Origin: Verrucomicrobiales bacterium
GTDB lineage: Bacteria; Verrucomicrobiota; Verrucomicrobiia; Verrucomicrobiales; DEV007
Assembly (NCBI GenBank): GCA_041742015.1
Contig: JBGSJM010000216.1
Coordinates: 20,092 to 84,091, forward strand
Direction: 5' to 3'
Length of the DNA stretch: 64,000 bases
Of the stretch, positions 59,188 through 64,000 are shown one piece after another. Numbering within the stretch: position 1 is the first letter of the stretch; the number at the start of each line of letters is the position of its first letter. Under the pieces are notes generated by a model. It was given only the letters and a program-made list of their open reading frames with translations. It had not been told where the DNA came from and ran no database searches. A program made the position numbers and the translations under genes.

Positions 59188-60468
59188 CTACAAATTCGGA
59201 GTATCCACTCCAGTAATAATCCGAGCGCCGCGTCGGTAGCGGACATAGGCGTAAAACCACTGGAGCAGGACCGCGATTTTGTTGCGAAACCCCACTAGAA
59301 ACAGTAGATGAACGAACAGCCACATCAGCCAGGCGATGAATCCAGTGAATTTCAGGCCCATGCTGCTGGCGACTGCTGCTGAGCGACCAATCGTAGCCAT
59401 ACTGCCTTTGTCGAAGTAGCGAAACTGGGGGCGAACATCGTATTTCGGAGCGCTTCCGGCGGCGATTTTTTCGAGATCGAACTGAATGACTTTGGCGGCA
59501 TGCCTTCCCATCTGGATCGCCCCCTGACAGAGTCCCGGGACCCGTTTTTCGGCCTGGTCGAAACAGTGAGCGATGTCGCCGAGGGCAAAAATGTTGGGGT
59601 GCCCGGGGATGCTGAGATCTTTTTCGACGATGATTCGCCCCCCGGCATCAAGCTGGACACCCAGTTGTTTCGTCAGGTTCGGTGCCTCCACACCCGCCGC
59701 CCAGACAATGTTTTCCGCTTCCAGGGTATCGTTTTGCAGGATTAAAGTCCTGTCTCCAACTTCCTTGACCGGTTCGCCAACCCGGACTTCGACGCCCATG
59801 TTTTCGAGCTTCTTTTGGGTGTATTCCGAGAGTTCTGGATCATACATCATGAGCAACCGGGGAGCGGCTTCGACCAGAACTATGTGAGCCTCGCTGGTAT
59901 TGATATTTCGAAAATCGTTCACCAGAACATGGCGGGCCAGCTCTGCAAAAGCACCGGCCAGTTCAACCCCGGTGGGGCCGCCGCCCACAATTGCGATGGT
60001 CATGAGTCGTTTTCGTTCAGCGGGGTTGTCGCTCATTTCCGCTTTTTCAAATGCCATCAGCACATTGCGCCGCATCGACGTGGCATCATTGAGGCTCTTG
60101 AGGCCAAGTGAATGTTGAGCCCATTCCTCATGACCAAAGTAGCCGGTGCGGACACCCAGGGCGATGGCCAGATAATCGAAATTCAGGACGTGGTTTGTAG
60201 TCGTGACGGTATTGCCGTGCACATCGATGGATTGGACCTCATCCATGATCACGGTGACATGGTCGTGATCCGCAAAAATGCTGCGAATGGGGTGCGCGAT
60301 TTCAGGTGCCGCCAGACCGGCTGATGCCACTTGATAGAGCAGGGGTTGAAATAGATGATGGTTCTGCCGATCAATGATCGTGACATCGATGTCCGTATTT
60401 TTCAGTGCCCGGGTGATTTCAATTCCTGCAAATCCACCTCCGAGCACAACAAGGTGTGGTCGTTTCAT
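59188..60468 (-). CDS. ndh: Type II NADH dehydrogenase
   Basis: GGGFAG, HLFQPLLYQVA, GGGPTGVELAG, WAAGV, DKGSMATIGR. Confidence 0.93.
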   Translation of the reverse strand: MKRPHLVVLGGGFAGIEITRALKNTDIDVTIIDRQNHHLFQPLLYQVASAGLAAPEIAHPIRSIFADHDHVTVIMDEVQSIDVHGNTVTTTNHVLNFDYLAIALGVRTGYFGHEEWAQHSLGLKSLNDATSMRRNVLMAFEKAEMSDNPAERKRLMTIAIVGGGPTGVELAGAFAELARHVLVNDFRNINTSEAHIVLVEAAPRLLMMYDPELSEYTQKKLENMGVEVRVGEPVKEVGDRTLILQNDTLEAENIVWAAGVEAPNLTKQLGVQLDAGGRIIVEKDLSIPGHPNIFALGDIAHCFDQAEKRVPGLCQGAIQMGRHAAKVIQFDLEKIAAGSAPKYDVRPQFRYFDKGSMATIGRSAAVASSMGLKFTGFIAWLMWLFVHLLFLVGFRNKIAVLLQWFYAYVRYRRGARIITGVDTPNL

Positions 60469-60588
60469 TTCCACAACGATACGCTTATCAGCGGGGTCTG
60501 GAAATGATTAACCGGTTAACTCTGATTAGGCAGTGCCTCCCAACGGTGTCAATTCTTCGCAGGTAAACGGCGAAGCTCAAACCACAGG

Positions 60589-63120
60589 CTATGCCAAAAT
60601 TTCGTTAAAATTAACAATGTGATTGCGGATCGCGTAGATGACGGTGTCCAGAGCAATGGTTTCGGGGTAGCTGAATCGAACCACCATGTTTTTCAATATG
60701 GTGTCGACCTGTCCCCTGATTGGTGCCGGCATCTTCTGGTATTTTTTCAAGGAATTCTGCCTCTGGAAAAAGGCATCCCGAAGAGTCTCCGGGTCGATTC
60801 CATCAATGGATTTCCGGTGGGATAAGAGGGCGGTGAACTCATCGGAAAATGCACTCAACAAATTGTCGTTGCGAGACGAAATGAGAGATTTTTCGGGATC
60901 GGTGGTAATTTCCCCGGAACTATGCAAATCAAGAAATTTCTGGGCCAGTTTGCGGCGATAAATGCCGCTGTAGTCATCTGGATGAATGATAGCTTCGATG
61001 GACTTCAGGAATTGCAAATCCGGACGGTCAACTTTTTCCCCGGAGGTGGAATCGATATAAGTGTATCGCGGAACCAGAACGTGAGCAAAGGCCTTGTTCT
61101 CGATCGCTTTTTCCAATAAGGCGTGTTGCAGGTATTTGCGGAGATCGTGCTCGATCTTGACCGGATCGCGGTCCACCGTTGCGACGGTAATTTCACTTTT
61201 CAAAGTGGCATGGTAGAGGCCGCGAACTACATGAATAAGACCTTCAAAATCTCCGTAATCCCCCTCGCCATCGTCCAGAAAGATATTGCCGATTTCACGG
61301 GCCTGGATGGGTAATTTTTCCCAGGGTTTCTGGGAAAAGTCAGGGGTTCCCAGTTCCAACCAGTGGTGCACGTCCTCCCCTTCCCGCAAAACATGTTCCA
61401 ACTGATCGAGGAAGATCGAAACAGTGACCTTCCTACCATCCGAGATCGAAATGGTGTTGCGCATAATGTTCTGCAATTGACGAATTGACAGACCGTAGCG
61501 ACCCTCTTCCGGGTATTGTTCATTGCGGAGTTCGCGCATAAACTCGTCGTCGATGAGTTTTAGTTCGTGATCCGAAAAAAGCCCACTTTCCTTCAGAAGC
61601 AGGGCATCGGGATGTTTCACCACAAAGGATTCAAGGAAGGCGTCGTCTTCCAAATTGATGCCGAGTCGCTGACACTCGTTGCGGAAGGGATCCCATGGTG
61701 GAAGATTTTTAATCGTCTGGATGGGATCCTCGGACTGGGCGGCGTAAATAAACAGTTTCTGCTCCGGGGTGATGCGATTATAGAGTTCCTGTTTCTCGCG
61801 GCTCCAGGTGGAGGGGAACTTCATCCGGCTGGGCGGGAAAAGACGGGTCAATACGGAGTAGTATGCCGCAATCGGATAGAGATTTGGGTCGATGGCATAT
61901 TTATCTCGGACATTGTTCATGTCCCGCCGGAGAATATCCATTTCTGAAACCGCATCGAGCAGGTAGTTGACGGGAACTTTCTCGATCCGGTCGAGCAGTT
62001 TGCTGGAGGTGAGATGTCGGTCGAGGCGCCTCATTTCCTCGAGGTTTGTGGTCATGAGCACGGTGGTATCAAGAGATGCCTGGGTAAATTCCAAAGTGAT
62101 CTTCCCCGAACCAAGAAGCATCAAGAGTGGTTTATATTCAGTCTCATCCGGCTGGTGACCGTCCCCGGAGAAGGCGTCGTGAATGTGGAGCATCCCGCGG
62201 TTGGATGAGAGGAGGGCTCCTTCATAAACGAACATGAATTTCCCTTGAAAATGAGTGTTGAGGAGATGCATGTCTGCATCTGACAAATTGATGGGTCGCA
62301 CATTGGTGCGGAGTTGCCGCATATCATCGATGTTTGCAATCCCCTTTCCCCGGGGAACGGAATATTCAACTTCTTCGATGCGGACGTATTCTTCGATCAG
62401 ATCGAATAGGGTTTTGCCTTCGTTACGCGGGTTTTGCCGCAGAGTTTCGAGAACATCAAGGGTGCGTTTATCGAGAGTTGCGCAATGATAGTAGGAAGGG
62501 ATGGAAAATGCTTTATTGTCTTTGTGAATTTGCGATACATGATCAAAGACTTCCTGCCGGGGATGAGATACCGAACCATCATCATGCCGGACAGTGATGG
62601 GGAAAAGCAAAATCGGATTTGGGGTCATGGCTGAACGGATTTCGAGAATATGTCCGTTCTCCCCTTCCAGACGGAAAAAGAAGGTGTATTGCTTGATGGT
62701 ACTTTCCTTTGAATACTCTTCAAGCGCCCGGGAGATGAGATCAACGATATTTGTCTTTCCCGAGGCGGGCGGACCAACCAGAACGATCCCCCGCCGAGGC
62801 CCGGATTCCTTATCGACTGATTCAATGACATCCACGATTCGTTTGATACAAAATTCCTGTCCATAAACGGCGTTCACCCCAGTGGTGAAGTGGTCCTGAA
62901 AAAGTTTGTAACGCAGGCAGACTTCGCCACTTCGAACCACGGCTTCCACCTTGAAATGTTTAATGGCGTCCAGCAAAATGGAAGCTGATGTCTTGAGAAC
63001 AGTTTCCGGCCTCTGCATAAAATTCTCCACAAATTCTGAGAATCTCAAACTGCTCCGCTTCCCGGTGTCGAGAAGCTTCCGGTAGTCAAAAGGTATTTTA
63101 TCTTTGAATTCGGGTTCCAT
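60589..63120 (-). CDS. prkA: PrkA/YeaG-like AAA+ protein (divergent, 843 aa)
   Basis: Walker A GPPASGKT, SNRGML, TTNLEE, LLDRI..VNYLL, EGRYGLSIR; follows spoVR. Confidence 0.8.
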   Translation of the reverse strand: MEPEFKDKIPFDYRKLLDTGKRSSLRFSEFVENFMQRPETVLKTSASILLDAIKHFKVEAVVRSGEVCLRYKLFQDHFTTGVNAVYGQEFCIKRIVDVIESVDKESGPRRGIVLVGPPASGKTNIVDLISRALEEYSKESTIKQYTFFFRLEGENGHILEIRSAMTPNPILLFPITVRHDDGSVSHPRQEVFDHVSQIHKDNKAFSIPSYYHCATLDKRTLDVLETLRQNPRNEGKTLFDLIEEYVRIEEVEYSVPRGKGIANIDDMRQLRTNVRPINLSDADMHLLNTHFQGKFMFVYEGALLSSNRGMLHIHDAFSGDGHQPDETEYKPLLMLLGSGKITLEFTQASLDTTVLMTTNLEEMRRLDRHLTSSKLLDRIEKVPVNYLLDAVSEMDILRRDMNNVRDKYAIDPNLYPIAAYYSVLTRLFPPSRMKFPSTWSREKQELYNRITPEQKLFIYAAQSEDPIQTIKNLPPWDPFRNECQRLGINLEDDAFLESFVVKHPDALLLKESGLFSDHELKLIDDEFMRELRNEQYPEEGRYGLSIRQLQNIMRNTISISDGRKVTVSIFLDQLEHVLREGEDVHHWLELGTPDFSQKPWEKLPIQAREIGNIFLDDGEGDYGDFEGLIHVVRGLYHATLKSEITVATVDRDPVKIEHDLRKYLQHALLEKAIENKAFAHVLVPRYTYIDSTSGEKVDRPDLQFLKSIEAIIHPDDYSGIYRRKLAQKFLDLHSSGEITTDPEKSLISSRNDNLLSAFSDEFTALLSHRKSIDGIDPETLRDAFFQRQNSLKKYQKMPAPIRGQVDTILKNMVVRFSYPETIALDTVIYAIRNHIVNFNEILA

Positions 63121-63125
63121 AATAT

Positions 63126-64000
63126 TTATATGACGAATGGACGTTTACCATCCATCATTCGCTCAGCGACTTCTTCGAAGTCCGGGCAGCGAACCGTAGT
63201 GTTGTTAAATTTTCCAGATGAAAGGGTATAAAGATTGTCTTCGCAAAGAAGGGAAACGGGGCCTTTCCAGACCATATTGATGTTTTTCAAGGTTGGCCGG
63301 ATCCATTTTTTCCGCAGGGGGCGTCCATCATCCCGGTGATAGAGGAGGAGGCCGCCTTCCAGGAAGTCAACATCGATCAAATAGATCCTGGGACGATGAA
63401 AGTGGGTAAAAAAGTTCAACATCTGATCCTTCACCGGTACGGGTTCAATCCAAACATAATGTTTATTCTCTTTGACCACATCGCTGGCGGTCAGTTTGAG
63501 GTGTGGCAGATGAGCTTTGGGGATCCGGTTAAGATGCAGCTCCTCAATAAGTTCAGGGGTCAGGAAGCGACGGAGAAATTCATAGTCCGTACAGGTTTCA
63601 ATGATGTGCTCCATGGCCTGCAGCGGATCTTTTCCACTCGGCTTGTCCCAGTTGACCTTTTTTTGCAAATCAGTTTCCTCGACAAAATCGAGACTGACCC
63701 GCCCTTGTCTGTAAAGTTCCTCAACATGATTCCACATGTAATAGCCAAGGTGATATGGATTGCGCTGATAGAAAGGACGAGGATAACAAACCCCTGCGAA
63801 AATCTTACAGTAATCAACAATTCCTTTGCAGGCACGCTCTTCAAAGAGCTGTTTCATGATTTTATGCTCCCAATACATGGCCCAGCCTTCGTTCATAATC
63901 TGTGTTCGGATCACAAAATCAGAGGTGGAGTTTACCGTATAAAGATAATCGAGGATATTCCGCTCCCCGGTGCTGGCCGGAGCGAAATTCCGGAGAAAGC
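63126..64000 (-). CDS. spoVR: SpoVR/YcgB family protein (5' truncated by window edge)
   Basis: TQIMNEGWAMYW, NPYHLG, DYEFLRRFLT; frame stays open to 64000. Confidence 0.9.
   Translation of the reverse strand, partial: FLRNFAPASTGERNILDYLYTVNSTSDFVIRTQIMNEGWAMYWEHKIMKQLFEERACKGIVDYCKIFAGVCYPRPFYQRNPYHLGYYMWNHVEELYRQGRVSLDFVEETDLQKKVNWDKPSGKDPLQAMEHIIETCTDYEFLRRFLTPELIEELHLNRIPKAHLPHLKLTASDVVKENKHYVWIEPVPVKDQMLNFFTHFHRPRIYLIDVDFLEGGLLLYHRDDGRPLRKKWIRPTLKNINMVWKGPVSLLCEDNLYTLSSGKFNNTTVRCPDFEEVAERMMDGKRPFVI

Overview
This is a 64 kb bacterial chromosomal window. Its gene content (DUF1501, PSD1/DUF1549-DUF1553, two PVC-type CxxCH proteins, PQQ-like propellers) points to a PVC-superphylum organism, most likely Verrucomicrobiota (inference). 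The left 14 kb is accessory: a 21-bp array, REP hairpins, DUF4238, an exported TPR-CHAT protease, a vapBC-type TA pair, and a degenerate 2.2 kb island inserted into the 3' end of an ECF sigma gene of a cnrYXH-like + TonB receptor locus. The middle holds an alpha-2-macroglobulin and a divergent type IV pilus/T2SS-like cluster with a single PilT-like ATPase and a secretin. The right holds a PVC-type cytochrome/DUF1501 block, NDH-2 and prkA/spoVR. The most striking unexplained signal is a layer of non-genic sequence. (1) A TGTACCCTGT motif occurs in clusters with exact 22-bp phasing seven times, about every 5-13 kb, three times inside CDSs. (2) Two 41-bp tandem arrays share a 29-bp palindrome + 12-bp linker design and bracket the PVC block. 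(3) Two 21-bp arrays with a conserved 10-bp core lie next to REPs and gene remnants. (4) A 24-bp REP sits in frame inside three protein-coding sites. I found no rRNA, tRNA, true CRISPR or intact transposase/integrase. All product calls come from motif recognition, not database searches.
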